A DNA stretch of 64,000 bases from an uncultured Bifidobacteriaceae bacterium (GCA_964619705.1 CAZUGF010000004.1:25481-89480), one strand, 5' to 3'. Positions 51,162 to 63,215 are shown, numbered from the stretch's first letter. Notes: generated from the sequence alone by a model not told the origin. A program made the numbers and translations.

Positions 51162-51237
51162 GGGACGATCCTAGCCCGGACCCTTGATCAAGGGAAGGAG
51201 AGTCCGGCGGTTGACAGGCGGACGCGGGGGACGCGCC

Positions 51238-51567
51238 TCATCGCAGGTGCCGGTAGACCAGGTCCAGCAGTTCGTCGTAGGTGCGATCCGCCTCCGCGGA
51301 ACCCCGCGCGATGGCGTCCGTGGCGCAGTGCTTCAGGTGGTTCCGGAGCAGCTGCCGGCCGACGCCGCGCAGCGCCTGCTGCACGGCGGCCACCTGCGTG
51401 ATGATGTCCGGGCAGTAGCGATCGGCCTCCACCATCTTCTGCAGCCCGCGAATCTGGCCCTCGATCCGCTTCAACCGGCGCAGGTTGCCGGCCTTGATGG
51501 CGGGGTCCACGGCCGCCGCATGCGACGGCGTCCCCGCCTTCCTCGTGTGCGCGCTCGTTCGGTTCAT
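51238..51567 (-). CDS. csoR: CsoR/RcnR-family metal-sensing transcriptional repressor
   Basis: LKRIEGQIRGLQKMVEADRYCPDIITQVAAVQQAL...HLKHC carries the C-H-C ligand pattern of copper-sensing CsoR. It sits immediately downstream of copA. Confidence 0.88.
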   Translation of the reverse strand: MNRTSAHTRKAGTPSHAAAVDPAIKAGNLRRLKRIEGQIRGLQKMVEADRYCPDIITQVAAVQQALRGVGRQLLRNHLKHCATDAIARGSAEADRTYDELLDLVYRHLR

Positions 51568-51619
51568 CGCGATGCTCGTCCTCCCGTCCAGGAAGCCCGG
51601 CCGGGCCGGGCACGTTTCG

Positions 51620-53977
51620 TCACCCGCGCCGCAGGCGGAGGCTGTTCGACACCACGCTGACGGAGCTGAGGGCCATGGCGGCGCTGGCGACGACAGGGCT
51701 CAACAGCACGCCGAACGCGGGGTAGAGGACGCCGGCCGCGATCGGGATGCCGATCACGTTGTAGGCGAACGCCCAGAACAGGTTCTGCTTCATCGTCCGC
51801 ATGGTGCGCCGCGCGAGCGCGATCGCCTGCAGGACGCCCCGGAGATCGGAGCGCATCAGCGTCACGTCCGCCGCTTCGGACGCGATGTCCGTGCCCGAGG
51901 CCATGGCCATGCCCACGTCGGCGCGTGCAAGCGCCGGTGCGTCGTTCAGGCCGTCGCCGACCATCGCGACGACCCGGCCCCGCTCCTGCAGGTCCCGGAT
52001 GGCGGCTACCTTGCCGTCGGGCAGGACCTCCGCGATGACCGTCCGCACGCCCGCGGCGCCGGCCACGGCGTCTGCCGTCTGCCGCCTGTCGCCCGTCAGC
52101 ATGACCACCTCGATGCCGAGCGTGCCGAGGGCGCCGACGACCTCGGCGGCTTCCGCGCGCAGCGCGTCCCCGATCCCGAACACGGCGGCGGGGACGCCGT
52201 CGATGCTCACGAAGACCGGCGTCTGGCCGCGCGCGGCCCACGCCTCCGCTGACGCCCCCAGGAGGCCGGCGTCCACGCCCGCGTCCTGGAGCATCCGCTC
52301 CGTGCCGGCGAGCACGCGCCGGTCGTCGACGGTGGCGGCCACGCCGCGGCCGGGTTCGGCGGCGAACGCCGTGACGGTGCCGCCCTCGCGGGCCCGGACA
52401 CCGCGGCCCTCCGCAAACCGGACGATCGCGGCGGCCAGCGGGTGCTCGGAGCGTGCCTCCGCGGCCGCGGCGGCGCGCAGGACGGCCTGTTCGTCGATCC
52501 CCGCCGCCGTCTCCATGGACATCACGGCCGGCACTCCCTCCGTCAGCGTGCCGGTCTTGTCGAACACGACGGTATCCACGTCCGCCAGCCGCTCGAGCGG
52601 CGCGCCGCCCTTGATCAGCACGCCCTCCGCGGCGCCGCGTCCGCTGGCCACCATCACCGCCGTCGGCACCGCCAGGCCCATGGCGCACGGGCAGGCGATG
52701 ATCAAGACACTGACGGCCGCCGTGACGGCCCGCAGGAGCGAGGGCTCGGCGGGCACGAACCACCACACCGCGAACGTGATGGCCGCGATCGCGACGACCA
52801 CGGGCACGAATACGGCCGAGATGCGATCGGCCAGGCGCTGGATGGGTGCCTGCGAGCCCTGCGCCTCGCGCATCAGCCGGACGATCTGCGCCAGCACGCT
52901 GGCCGTCCCGACGGCCGTCGCCTCGACCTCGAGAGCCCCGGTCCTGTTGATCGTCGCGCCGAAGACACGGTCGCCCTCGCGCCGCTCGACAGGCAGGGAC
53001 TCGCCGGTCAGCATCGACTCATCGACCGCGCCGGCCCCGGAGACAATGCGGCCGTCCACCGGGATGCGCTCGCCGGGCCGCACAAGGACGATGTCGCCGG
53101 GACGCACCTGGGCGATCGGCAGGTCGTGATCGCCGGCGGCGCCCCGCACCCGGGCCGTGGCCGGCTGGAGCTGTGCCATCGCCCGCAGCGCGCGCGTGGT
53201 CTGGCCCTTGGCGCGGGCCTCCATCGCGTTGCCGAGGAGCACCAGCGCGATGATGAGGATGACCGCCTCGTAGTACACGTCCGGCGCGACGCCGCCGGAC
53301 TGCAGCAGGCCGGGCGCCAGCGTCGCCGTGGCGGAGTAGAGGAAGGCGGCCCCCGTGCCGATGGCGACGAGCGTGTTCATGTCCGCCGTCCGGTGGCGGA
53401 AGGCGGACCAGGCGCGCTGGTAGAAGTGGCGGCCGGCCCAGCCCATCACGAGCAGGGTGGAGGCCAGGAGGACGGCGTGAAGGATGCCGTGGTCGATTGC
53501 GTACACCCACGGCAGCGCCGTCCGCAGCGGCGGATCCAGCACGCGCATCGTCCAGTCCAGGAGCGGGTCGCCGCCGTGGCTGCCGTGCGGCCCGGCCATC
53601 AGCGGCATCGAGAGCACCATGGCCGCCGCGCCGAGTGCAACGCTTGTCAGCGCCTTGACGAGGAGCGTCCGGTACTCGGTCCGCTGCCGCGCGTCGCGTG
53701 CCGCGTCCTCGGCGAGGACGTCGGCGTCGGGCACGGGCAGGCGGGCCTGGTATCCCGTCTGGTTGATCGCGGAGACGAGGCCGTCCGGGGAGAGGACGCG
53801 CGGGTCGTACTCGATCGTGGCCTCGTGCATCATCAGGTTGACGGCCGCGTCCGACACGCCCGGCGTCGCGCGCAGCGCGCGCTGCACGTTGGCCTGGCAG
53901 GCGGCGCAGGTCATCCCCTCGACGGGCAGCGTGACACGCTGGACCGGGGGTGCCATGTCGGCGGCGGGCGTGGCCAT
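51620..53977 (-). CDS. copA: Copper-translocating P1B-type ATPase
   Basis: One N-terminal HMA domain (GMTCAAC), the CPC motif in [20 protein letters not shown], and [10 protein letters not shown]. 785 aa. Confidence 0.96.
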   Translation of the reverse strand: MATPAADMAPPVQRVTLPVEGMTCAACQANVQRALRATPGVSDAAVNLMMHEATIEYDPRVLSPDGLVSAINQTGYQARLPVPDADVLAEDAARDARQRTEYRTLLVKALTSVALGAAAMVLSMPLMAGPHGSHGGDPLLDWTMRVLDPPLRTALPWVYAIDHGILHAVLLASTLLVMGWAGRHFYQRAWSAFRHRTADMNTLVAIGTGAAFLYSATATLAPGLLQSGGVAPDVYYEAVILIIALVLLGNAMEARAKGQTTRALRAMAQLQPATARVRGAAGDHDLPIAQVRPGDIVLVRPGERIPVDGRIVSGAGAVDESMLTGESLPVERREGDRVFGATINRTGALEVEATAVGTASVLAQIVRLMREAQGSQAPIQRLADRISAVFVPVVVAIAAITFAVWWFVPAEPSLLRAVTAAVSVLIIACPCAMGLAVPTAVMVASGRGAAEGVLIKGGAPLERLADVDTVVFDKTGTLTEGVPAVMSMETAAGIDEQAVLRAAAAAEARSEHPLAAAIVRFAEGRGVRAREGGTVTAFAAEPGRGVAATVDDRRVLAGTERMLQDAGVDAGLLGASAEAWAARGQTPVFVSIDGVPAAVFGIGDALRAEAAEVVGALGTLGIEVVMLTGDRRQTADAVAGAAGVRTVIAEVLPDGKVAAIRDLQERGRVVAMVGDGLNDAPALARADVGMAMASGTDIASEAADVTLMRSDLRGVLQAIALARRTMRTMKQNLFWAFAYNVIGIPIAAGVLYPAFGVLLSPVVASAAMALSSVSVVSNSLRLRRG

Positions 53978-53991
53978 GGCCGGCTCCCTGC

Positions 53992-54213
53992 CTATCCCGC
54001 GTCCCCGGTGGCCTCGTACCCCGCGCGCGTCAGCGCCTCGCGCGCGGTCTCGACAGTGGACACGCCCGTGTCAATGCGGACGGTCGCGCGCCCGATCTCG
54101 ACATGCACGGCCTCCACGCCCGGCACGGTGTCGAGCACGCGCGTCACGCTCGTGACGCACCCCGAGCAGGACATGCCCTTGATGGCAAGCGTGGCTTCCA
54201 GGATGTTCGGCAT
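53992..54213 (-). CDS. copZ: Copper chaperone, HMA domain
   Basis: 73 aa. GMSCSGC metal-binding motif with a ferredoxin-like fold pattern. 14 nt upstream of copA. Confidence 0.9.
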   Translation of the reverse strand: MPNILEATLAIKGMSCSGCVTSVTRVLDTVPGVEAVHVEIGRATVRIDTGVSTVETAREALTRAGYEATGDAG

Positions 54214-54290
54214 GAATACCCCCCTCCCCTATATATGACTGCATCGTATACCCCCTGACCGTACCCGGTCAATGGTCCATAATTCCTTCC
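54214..54290 (-). promoter_or_regulatory. Candidate copZ-copA-csoR promoter/operator region
   Basis: Relatively AT-rich 77-bp divergent gap. Read on the minus strand: TTGACC (plus-strand 54267-54272), a 16-nt spacer, then TATACG. Two direct copies of ATACCCCC (54216-54223 and 54248-54255) flank TATATAT, and C/G-tract-plus-TA motifs are typical of CsoR sites. No clean dyad is seen. Confidence 0.35.
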
Positions 54291-55397
54291 ATGCCCGTCG
54301 TCGCCGCCGTCATGCCGGCTCCGCTCGCCCCGATCGAGCTGCGCGAGTTCCCCGAACCCTCCCTCCCGCCGGGCGGGATGCTCCTCGAGACGCTCTACTC
54401 CGAGGTCTGCGGCACGGACGTGCACCTCTGGCACGGACGCCTGGCCGGCGTGCCGTATCCGATCATTCCGGGCCACGTCTCCGTCGGCCGGCTGGCCAGG
54501 GTCCGTGGTCCCGTCGTGCTGGCCGACGGCCGTCAGGCGCGCGAGGGCGATCGCCTCGTGTTCTACGACGTCCACCGCGCCTGCGGGCGCTGCCACGCGT
54601 GCGCGGTGACCGGCACGCCGACCCGGTGTCCGCACCGCCGCGTCTACGGGATCACGGACGGGGCCGCCGACGGCCTGTTCGGCGGCTGGAGCGAGGCCAT
54701 CTACCTCGAGCCGGGCGTGGTGGCGGCGGTGCTGCCGGACGCCGTCAGCGAAGCGGACTATATCGGCGGCGGCTGCGGGCTCATCACCGCCGTCCACGCC
54801 CTCGATCGCGCCGCCCCGCGCCTGGCCGACAGCGTGATGGTGCAGGGCACCGGCGCCGTCGGGCTCTCGGCCATCGCGCTGGCGCGCCTGTCCGGCGCCT
54901 CCACCATCATCGCGCTCGGCGCGCCGGCGGACCGGCTGGATCTGGCCGTGCGGATGGGCGCGGACATCACGCTCGACGTCACGGCCACGACGGCGGCGGA
55001 GCGGGAGGCGCAGGTGAAGGCGGCGACCGGCGGGCGCGGGCCTGATATCGGGATTGAGGCGTCCGGGTCCCCGCGCGCGGTGGAGGAGGGCCTGTCCCTC
55101 GTGCGCGACGGCGGGCGGTATGTCATCGCGGGCCACTACACCGATGCGGGCCCGAGCCAGGTGAACGCGCACCAGCAGATCAACCGCAAGCACCTGGAGA
55201 TCCGCGGGTGCTGGGGCAGTGAGGCGGGCCACTTCCTGCGGGCGCTGACGGTGCTCGAGCGCCACGCGGGCCGCGTGCCGTTCCACGCCATCGGCGCGCG
55301 CGTCTACCCGCTGGACCGGCTCAACGAGGCCCTGGCGGATGCGGAGGCCATGCGCCTGCCGAAGGCGCTGGTGGACCCGCGCCGCCGCTCCGCCTAG
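54291..55397 (+). CDS. Zinc-dependent alcohol dehydrogenase family (MDR) oxidoreductase
   Basis: CGTDVHLWHG and PGHVSVG catalytic-zinc region, structural zinc Cys cluster CGRCHACAVTGTPTRC, Rossmann motif VQGTGAVGL. Confidence 0.88.
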   Translation: MPVVAAVMPAPLAPIELREFPEPSLPPGGMLLETLYSEVCGTDVHLWHGRLAGVPYPIIPGHVSVGRLARVRGPVVLADGRQAREGDRLVFYDVHRACGRCHACAVTGTPTRCPHRRVYGITDGAADGLFGGWSEAIYLEPGVVAAVLPDAVSEADYIGGGCGLITAVHALDRAAPRLADSVMVQGTGAVGLSAIALARLSGASTIIALGAPADRLDLAVRMGADITLDVTATTAAEREAQVKAATGGRGPDIGIEASGSPRAVEEGLSLVRDGGRYVIAGHYTDAGPSQVNAHQQINRKHLEIRGCWGSEAGHFLRALTVLERHAGRVPFHAIGARVYPLDRLNEALADAEAMRLPKALVDPRRRSA

Positions 55398-55545
55398 CGG
55401 GCCGGGGTGAACGCGACACGGCCAGCGAGACGGTTCGGGAGAGTCGGCACTTCTGAGCCGCGCCGCAGGCCGCCGCGGGCCTCGCGCGGGCGTCCCCTCG
55501 CACTTCCCGGCCGGGCGCGGCGCCGTCACGCCGTATACTGGTGAG

Positions 55546-57381
55546 ATGCCTGTGCGCCAGACCGCTCCACCTGTGGCCAACCCGCTTCGACGGAACGTCG
55601 CCATCATCGCCCACGTCGATCACGGGAAGACCACGCTCGTGGACGCCCTGTTCCGCCAGGCCGGCGTCTACCGGTCGAACGAGCGGGTGACCGAGCGCGC
55701 GATGGACAGCAACGAGCTCGAGCGCGAGCGGGGCATCACCATCCTCGCCAAGAACACCGCCGTGCACTACGGCGACATCCTCATCAACATCGTGGACACG
55801 CCGGGCCACGCGGACTTCGGCGGGGAGGTCGAGCGCGTCCTGTCGATGGTCGACGGCGTGGTCCTGCTGGTGGACGCGGCCGAGGGCCCGCTGCCGCAGA
55901 CGCGCTTCGTCCTGCGCAAGGCCTTCGAGCGCGGCCTCCCGCCGGTTGTCGTCATCAACAAGATCGATCGCGCCGACGCGCGGGCGAAGGAGGTCCTGAA
56001 CGAGGTCTACGACCTGTTCATCGACCTGGATGCGACGGAGGAGCAGATCGAGTTCCCCGTGCTCTTCACGAGCGGCCGGGCCGGCACGGCGTCCGTGGAT
56101 CTGGACACGCCCGGCGAGGACCTCCGCCCGCTCTTCGACGCCATCGTCCGGCACGTGCCGCCGCCGGCCGGCGATGCCGACGCGCCGCTGCAGATGCTGG
56201 TCGCCAACCTGGACTCGAGCGAGTACCTCGGCCGCATCGCGATCGGCCGGATCTTCAACGGCCGCGTCAAGCTGAACGATCCCATCGTCGTGCTCAAGCT
56301 GGACGGCACGGCGCAGGAGACGCGCGTCACCAAGCTCTTCTCCTTCGACGGCCTCAAGCGCGTCGAGAACACCGACGCGGCGGCGGGCGACATCATCTGC
56401 CTGGCGGGGATCGAGGACATCAACATCGGGGAGACGATTGCCGATCCCGAGCACCGCATGGCGATGCCCGCCATCGCCGTGGACGAGCCGACCGTCTCCA
56501 TGGTCTTCGGCATCAACACGTCGCCGATGGCCGGACGTGAGGGGCAGTACCTGACCTCGCGCCACCTCCGGGAGCGGCTCGAGCGCGAGCTGCTGGGCAA
56601 CGTGTCGCTGCGCGTCGAGGGCACGGACACGCCGGAGCAGTTCAAGGTGCTCGGGCGGGGCGAACTGCAGCTGGCGATCCTCATCGAGATGATGCGGCGC
56701 GAAGGGTTCGAGCTGCAGGTCTCGCGCCCGGAGATCGTGGTCCGCGAGATCGACGGCCAGCGCATGGAGCCGGTGGAGGACCTCGTCATCGACGTGGCGG
56801 AGGAGTTCCAGGGCGTGGTCATCTCCATGTGCGGCACCCGGCGCGGCACCATGACGCGGATGGTGAACCACGGCAGCGGCCGGGCACGCCTGGAGTTCCG
56901 CATCCCCGCCCGCGGCCTCATCGGCTTCCGCTCCCAGTTCCTCACCGACACCAAGGGCACCGGCATCCTGAACCACATCTTCGCGGGCTGGGAGCCCTGG
57001 CACGGCCCGATTCCGGCGCGGGCCACCGGCGTGCTCGTCTCGGACCGGGCAGGCGCGGCGACCGCCTACGCGATGGCCAACCTCCAGGAGCGCGGCACGA
57101 TGCTCATCGAGCCGCAGACGCCTGTCTACGAGGGCATGATCGTCGCCGAGCACTCGCGGACCAACGACCTCGACGTCAACATCACCAAGGAAAAGAAGCA
57201 GACGAACATGCGGGCCTCCACCGCCGACGAGGCCATCCGCATCGTCCCGCCCCGGCTGCTCGGCCTCGAGACCGCCATCGAGTTCATCAACGACGACGAG
57301 CTGGTCGAGGTGACGCCGGCGAACATCCGGCTGCGGAAGAAGATCCTCCACCACGGGCTCCGGCCGAAGAAGGAAGAGTAG
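55546..57381 (+). CDS. typA: Translational GTPase TypA/BipA
   Basis: [37 protein letters not shown]. 611 aa with a BipA-type C-terminal domain. Confidence 0.96.
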   Translation: MPVRQTAPPVANPLRRNVAIIAHVDHGKTTLVDALFRQAGVYRSNERVTERAMDSNELERERGITILAKNTAVHYGDILINIVDTPGHADFGGEVERVLSMVDGVVLLVDAAEGPLPQTRFVLRKAFERGLPPVVVINKIDRADARAKEVLNEVYDLFIDLDATEEQIEFPVLFTSGRAGTASVDLDTPGEDLRPLFDAIVRHVPPPAGDADAPLQMLVANLDSSEYLGRIAIGRIFNGRVKLNDPIVVLKLDGTAQETRVTKLFSFDGLKRVENTDAAAGDIICLAGIEDINIGETIADPEHRMAMPAIAVDEPTVSMVFGINTSPMAGREGQYLTSRHLRERLERELLGNVSLRVEGTDTPEQFKVLGRGELQLAILIEMMRREGFELQVSRPEIVVREIDGQRMEPVEDLVIDVAEEFQGVVISMCGTRRGTMTRMVNHGSGRARLEFRIPARGLIGFRSQFLTDTKGTGILNHIFAGWEPWHGPIPARATGVLVSDRAGAATAYAMANLQERGTMLIEPQTPVYEGMIVAEHSRTNDLDVNITKEKKQTNMRASTADEAIRIVPPRLLGLETAIEFINDDELVEVTPANIRLRKKILHHGLRPKKEE

Positions 57382-57585
57382 CGGCTCCGGCAGCCAAGTT
57401 GCAGCGACGCCCTTCATGGGCCACGTCGCATGCGTTCGATGCCGTGTCCGGCCGCGGACTGGGTATCCCTCTCGCTACAGACGGCAGTGCGGTTCCCAGA
57501 ATCGGCACCTCGTGCGCGCCCGCGCGCGGGCCGGCCAGGGTCAGCCGTGCCGGTCCTGCCGGCTCAGCCTCGCCGTGGAGGCGGG

Positions 57586-57996
57586 ATGACGCCGGCGGTG
57601 CCCGGCGGCGCCCCCGGCCCTGGCGGCCGCGGGCACCACCACCGCGTGCTGGTGGCGGACGACAACGTGGACGCCGCCACGAGCCTGGCCCTGCTGCTCG
57701 AGGTGCTGGGCCACGACGTACGGACCGCGTTCAACGGCGTGGACGCGGTCAGGTCGGCCGCGGAGTTCCATCCGGCGCTGGTCCTGCTCGACATCGGGAT
57801 GCCGAGGCTCAACGGCTACGAGGCGGCGCGGCGGATCCGCGCGCAGCCGTGGGCGGCGCACGCGATGATCGTCGCGGTGACCGGACAGGGACGCGACGAG
57901 GATCGACGCCGGGCCGCAGCCGCGGGCTTCGATCGCCACTTCACCAAGCCGATCAGCCCGGACGAGATCGGCCAGTTGCTGGACGAGCTGCCGTGA
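57586..57996 (+). CDS. Orphan single-domain response regulator (CheY-like receiver)
   Basis: The ATG at 57586 is preceded by GGAGG. VLVADDN, the phospho-acceptor context LVLLDIGMPRLNG, and the conserved TKP. No output domain, and no kinase gene in the window. Confidence 0.8.
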   Translation: MTPAVPGGAPGPGGRGHHHRVLVADDNVDAATSLALLLEVLGHDVRTAFNGVDAVRSAAEFHPALVLLDIGMPRLNGYEAARRIRAQPWAAHAMIVAVTGQGRDEDRRRAAAAGFDRHFTKPISPDEIGQLLDELP

Positions 57997-58173
57997 TGCC
58001 GGCGCGCGATCGCGCACCCGGCACCGGGCAGCGGCGTGCGACGATGAGCCTGCGAGGAGTCGCGCCGGCGCCGCGTGCCGGAGACAATAGACACCTGAGA
58101 CGCAGACTGGTCCACGTGATGACAGGGATTCCCCTCTCGGGGACGGGCATCGAATCTTGCAGCGATCACTGAC

Positions 58174-58467
58174 ATGGTGCCGTCGCGACTCGTGCTGCTG
58201 CTGTTTCTGACCGCCCAGGCGTGGGATGGCATCTTCACGTTCGTCGCGGTCGGCGTGCACGGCATCGCGGCGGAGGGCAACATCCTGCTGGCATCGTGGA
58301 TGTGGCTGGTCGGGCCGGCGCCCGCGCTCGTCGGCGCCAAGCTGCTCGCCTCCGGCGGCGGCATCCTCCTCTACGTCTGCGGTGTGCACCGCCTCCTGGC
58401 CGGGCTCACGCTGCTGTACGCGGTGGCGGCCATCGTGCCCTGGCTGATCGTGTTCCGCCACGCCTGA
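58174..58467 (+). CDS. Small hypothetical membrane protein (3 TM)
   Basis: 97 aa, hydrophobic throughout, with plausible codon usage. No motif recognised. Confidence 0.5.
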   Translation: MVPSRLVLLLFLTAQAWDGIFTFVAVGVHGIAAEGNILLASWMWLVGPAPALVGAKLLASGGGILLYVCGVHRLLAGLTLLYAVAAIVPWLIVFRHA

Positions 58468-58735
58468 TCCGGTACGCCACGGCGCCCGAGCCGTCCGCAC
58501 CCGCCTCGCGTGTCCGATCGAGTCGAAGGGATCCCCGGACCACGCCGGCCCGGCCGCCTGCCCCCATCACGCCCCGCCACCCCGTATCCGCCCCCCGACC
58601 GTCGCACGGTTCACATCGTCGCACGTGGGCACAATATGTAGTGACGCCGACCCCGGAAACCGCTAGTATCTGTTACCACCCCACCCGGGGGGGACGAACG
58701 GCGCCCATTGAAGATTGGCGTCGAAGGAGACCTAG

Positions 58736-59098
58736 ATGGCCAAGAAAGCCGCGAAGAAGAAGACCGCCAGGAAGGCAGCCACGAAGAAGGCTGCGAAGAA
58801 GAAGCCGGCCGCCAAGAAGAAGGCTGCTGCGAAGAAGAAGTCCGGCCGCAAGCCGAACGCCGCCTTCATGCGTCCCGTGACCCCGAGCGCGGACCTGGCT
58901 GCCGTGATTGGCGCCAAGCCGATGCCGCGGACCGAGGTGACGAAGAAGCTCTGGGACTACATCAAGAAGAACGGCCTGCAGGACGCGAAGAACCGCCGCA
59001 ACATCAACGCCGACGACAAGCTCAAGGTCGTCTTCGGCGGCAAGAAGACGGTCAGCATGTTCGACATGACCAAGCTGGTGGGCAAGCACCTCAAGTAG
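58736..59098 (+). CDS. SWIB/MDM2-domain protein with N-terminal Lys/Ala-rich histone H1-like tail
   Basis: The N-terminal ~38 aa reads AKKAAKKKTARKAATKKAAKKKPAAKKKAAAKKK. The C-terminal part (VTPSADLAAVIGAKPMPRTEVTKKLWDYIKKNGLQD....I..DDKLKVVFG) is a canonical SWIB domain. GGAGA lies upstream of the ATG. Confidence 0.9.
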   Translation: MAKKAAKKKTARKAATKKAAKKKPAAKKKAAAKKKSGRKPNAAFMRPVTPSADLAAVIGAKPMPRTEVTKKLWDYIKKNGLQDAKNRRNINADDKLKVVFGGKKTVSMFDMTKLVGKHLK

Positions 59099-59263
59099 GT
59101 CCCCGGGCGCTCTCGCTCTGGTGAGGCACAGAGAGGCCCGCGGGCGGCCGCCCTCTCTGTGTCTCGGCTCTTCGCTCTTCCCCCATCCCTCCCACCCGCC
59201 GCTCGTCCCATTTCTTCCCGCCCTCGGGCCGCCGTGGTTTACGCTCGGTGCCGGGGAGTCACC

Positions 59264-61744
59264 ATGGGCACGATCCTGAACGACCTGCGGTTTGCCGTCC
59301 GTCTCGCCTGGCGTGCGCCGTCGCTCACCCTCGTGGCCGTGCTGTCGCTCGGCCTGGGCATCGGCGCCAACACCACCATCTTCTCGCTCGTCAACGAGGT
59401 CTTCCTGACGCCGCTGCCCATGCGCGACGCGGGACGGCTCGTGACCGTGTTCACGTCCACCGATCCGGCGCGCGCGGTTGCCGGCGCCGTCGGCAGTGCG
59501 CTGCCGATGTCGCGCCTCAACTACGAGGACTACCGCGACAGGAACGCCGTCTTCGACGGCCTGAGCGCGGTCGGCTTCACGGGGCTGAGCCTGTCGAGCG
59601 GGCAGGGCGAGCCGGAGCAGGTCGCCGGCCAGGTCGTCACCAGCAACTACTTCGCCGTGATGCAGCCACCGATGGCGGCCGGCAGCGGCTTCACGGCGCA
59701 CGACGATGCGGCGCTCGGGGCCTCGCCGATGACGGTGCTCAGCTACGGGCTGTGGCAGCGGCGCTTCGGCGGCGCGCCATCCATCGTGGGCGAGTCCATC
59801 ACGCTCAACGGCCGCGCGTTCACGGTCGTGGGTGTGGCGGGCGCGGCGTTCCGCGGCGCCGGCGTGATCGGCGGTCCCGATCTCTGGGTGCCGTTCGCCA
59901 TGTACCGGGAGACCACGAGCGGCTTTCTCCGGGAGAACTGGGACTCGCGCCGGGCTCTGGTCTTCCAGGTGCTCGGCCGCCTGAAGCCGGGTGTGTCGAT
60001 CGACACGGCCACCGCCAACCTTGCGACAATTGCCGCCGCCCTGTCGACGGATCACCCCGTCGAGAACGACGGGCGCGGCATCGCGCTGGCGCCGCTCGCG
60101 GAGACGGCGCTGTCGCCGAACCCGGCCCAGCGCCAGCAGTTCACGACCGCGGGCGCCCTGCTCATGGTGGTCGTCGGACTCGTGCTGCTGATCGCCTGTG
60201 CCAACGTGGCCAACCTGCTGCTGTCACGCGCGGCCGCCCGCCGGCAGGAGATTGCCATCCGGCTGTCGCTCGGCGCCGGACGCGGCCGGCTCGTCCGGCA
60301 ACTGCTGGTCGAGAGCGGCCTCCTCGGCGTCATGGGCGGCCTGACCGGCCTGCTCATCGCTTCGTGGGCCCGGGCCGCGCTCCTGATGCTCCGGCCGCCC
60401 TTCCTGGACGACGGGGCGCTGGCGATGCCGATCGACATGCGGGTGCTGGCGTTCACGGCGCTGGTGGCCATCGGCACGGGCCTGCTGTTCGGGCTCGTCC
60501 CGGCGCTGCAGTTCTCGCGTCCCGACCTCGTCGTCGAGCTCAAGGATCGATCCAGCCAGCCGGGCGGCGGGCGTCGCCTTACCATCCGCAACGCGCTCGT
60601 GGTCGGACAGGTGGCGCTCTCGCTGGTGGCGCTCATCGGCGCCGGGCTCTTCATCCGGAGCCTCGGGAACGCGCGCGCGATCGATCCGGGCTTCGATGCC
60701 TCGGCGCTCGGCGTGCTGTCGTTCAACCTGACGGCCCAGGGTCTGCCGCTCGAGGCCGCGGCCGATCGGCAGCGCGACATCCTCGAGCGGGCGCGGGGCA
60801 TTCCCGGTGTCGACCAGGTGACCCTCGCCAGCCGGCCGCCCCTCGGCGGCGGCGGGTTCGCGCGCTCGGTGTTCCTGGAGGGGCAGGACACCGCGGACCC
60901 GCGAAACGGCCGGTTCGTGCCCATTGCCGTGATCGGCGACGCGTACTTCGAGGCGGCGGGCATCCCGCTGCTGCGCGGCCGCACCTTCGGCCCGGCGGAC
61001 AGGCCGGGGTCACCGCAGGTGGTCGTGATCAACGAGACCATGGCCGAACGGTTCTGGCCGGACCGCGACGCCGTCGGGCAGCGCTTTCATTTTTTCGGCC
61101 AGCCGAGCGCCACGGAAGTGGTCGGGATCGCGCGGAACAGCAAGTACAACGCGATCGGCGAGGAGCCGCAGCCCTACATCTATCAATCGCTCGACCAGGT
61201 CCCGCAGGCGGGCATCACGCTCATCGTGCGGAGCCAGGCGCCCGAGACCGCGCTCGGCGCCGTTCGCGCGGCCGTCCAGCAGATGGAGCCGGCCATGCCG
61301 ATCACGGGCGTGTTCACGATGGAGGCGCTCTTCGACCAGGGCCTCTGGGCGCCGCGCATGGGGGCCACGCTGCTCGGTGTGTTCGGCGGGCTCGCGCTCC
61401 TGCTCGCGGCCGTGGGCGTGTACGGCGTGATGGCCTACGCGGTCGGCCAGCGCAGCCGGGAGATCGGCGTGCGGCTCGCGCTCGGGGCCACGCGGCGCGA
61501 TATCTGGCGGCTGGTGTTCCGGCAGGGCCTGCTGCTCACGGCCTCCGGGGTCATCTGCGGCCTGGCCGTCGCGGCCGTCGCGGCCCGGCTGATCGTGGGC
61601 CTGCTCTACGACGTCGGCGCGTTCGATCCGATCACCTTTGTCGTGATCCCCGGCATCCTGCTCGCCGTGGCCGCCGTCGCCATCTACATTCCCGCGCGGC
61701 GCGCCAGCCGTGTCGATCCCGTGATCGCGCTGCGATCGAGCTGA
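59264..61744 (+). CDS. Duplicated MacB/FtsX-type ABC permease (ADOP-like orphan permease)
   Basis: The ATG at 59264 is preceded by GGGGAG. N-terminal LNDLRFAVRLAWRAPSLTLVAVLSLGLGIGANTTIFS. Two MacB periplasmic domains plus two FtsX 4-TM modules, ending PARRASRVDPVIALRS. No adjacent ATPase gene. Confidence 0.88.
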   Translation: MGTILNDLRFAVRLAWRAPSLTLVAVLSLGLGIGANTTIFSLVNEVFLTPLPMRDAGRLVTVFTSTDPARAVAGAVGSALPMSRLNYEDYRDRNAVFDGLSAVGFTGLSLSSGQGEPEQVAGQVVTSNYFAVMQPPMAAGSGFTAHDDAALGASPMTVLSYGLWQRRFGGAPSIVGESITLNGRAFTVVGVAGAAFRGAGVIGGPDLWVPFAMYRETTSGFLRENWDSRRALVFQVLGRLKPGVSIDTATANLATIAAALSTDHPVENDGRGIALAPLAETALSPNPAQRQQFTTAGALLMVVVGLVLLIACANVANLLLSRAAARRQEIAIRLSLGAGRGRLVRQLLVESGLLGVMGGLTGLLIASWARAALLMLRPPFLDDGALAMPIDMRVLAFTALVAIGTGLLFGLVPALQFSRPDLVVELKDRSSQPGGGRRLTIRNALVVGQVALSLVALIGAGLFIRSLGNARAIDPGFDASALGVLSFNLTAQGLPLEAAADRQRDILERARGIPGVDQVTLASRPPLGGGGFARSVFLEGQDTADPRNGRFVPIAVIGDAYFEAAGIPLLRGRTFGPADRPGSPQVVVINETMAERFWPDRDAVGQRFHFFGQPSATEVVGIARNSKYNAIGEEPQPYIYQSLDQVPQAGITLIVRSQAPETALGAVRAAVQQMEPAMPITGVFTMEALFDQGLWAPRMGATLLGVFGGLALLLAAVGVYGVMAYAVGQRSREIGVRLALGATRRDIWRLVFRQGLLLTASGVICGLAVAAVAARLIVGLLYDVGAFDPITFVVIPGILLAVAAVAIYIPARRASRVDPVIALRSS

Positions 61745-61749
61745 CGCGT

Positions 61750-61791
61750 GGCCGGCGCGCGGTCCGGCGGGATCCGCGCGCCCTGCCGGCC
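61750..61791. terminator. GC-rich hairpin between convergent permease and gdh genes
   Basis: GGCCGGCGCGCG ... CGCGC-CCT-GCCGGCC. The arms are read directly from the sequence. No T-tract. Confidence 0.35.
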
Positions 61792-61799
61792 GCACGGCA

Positions 61800-63215
<1,416 letters not shown>

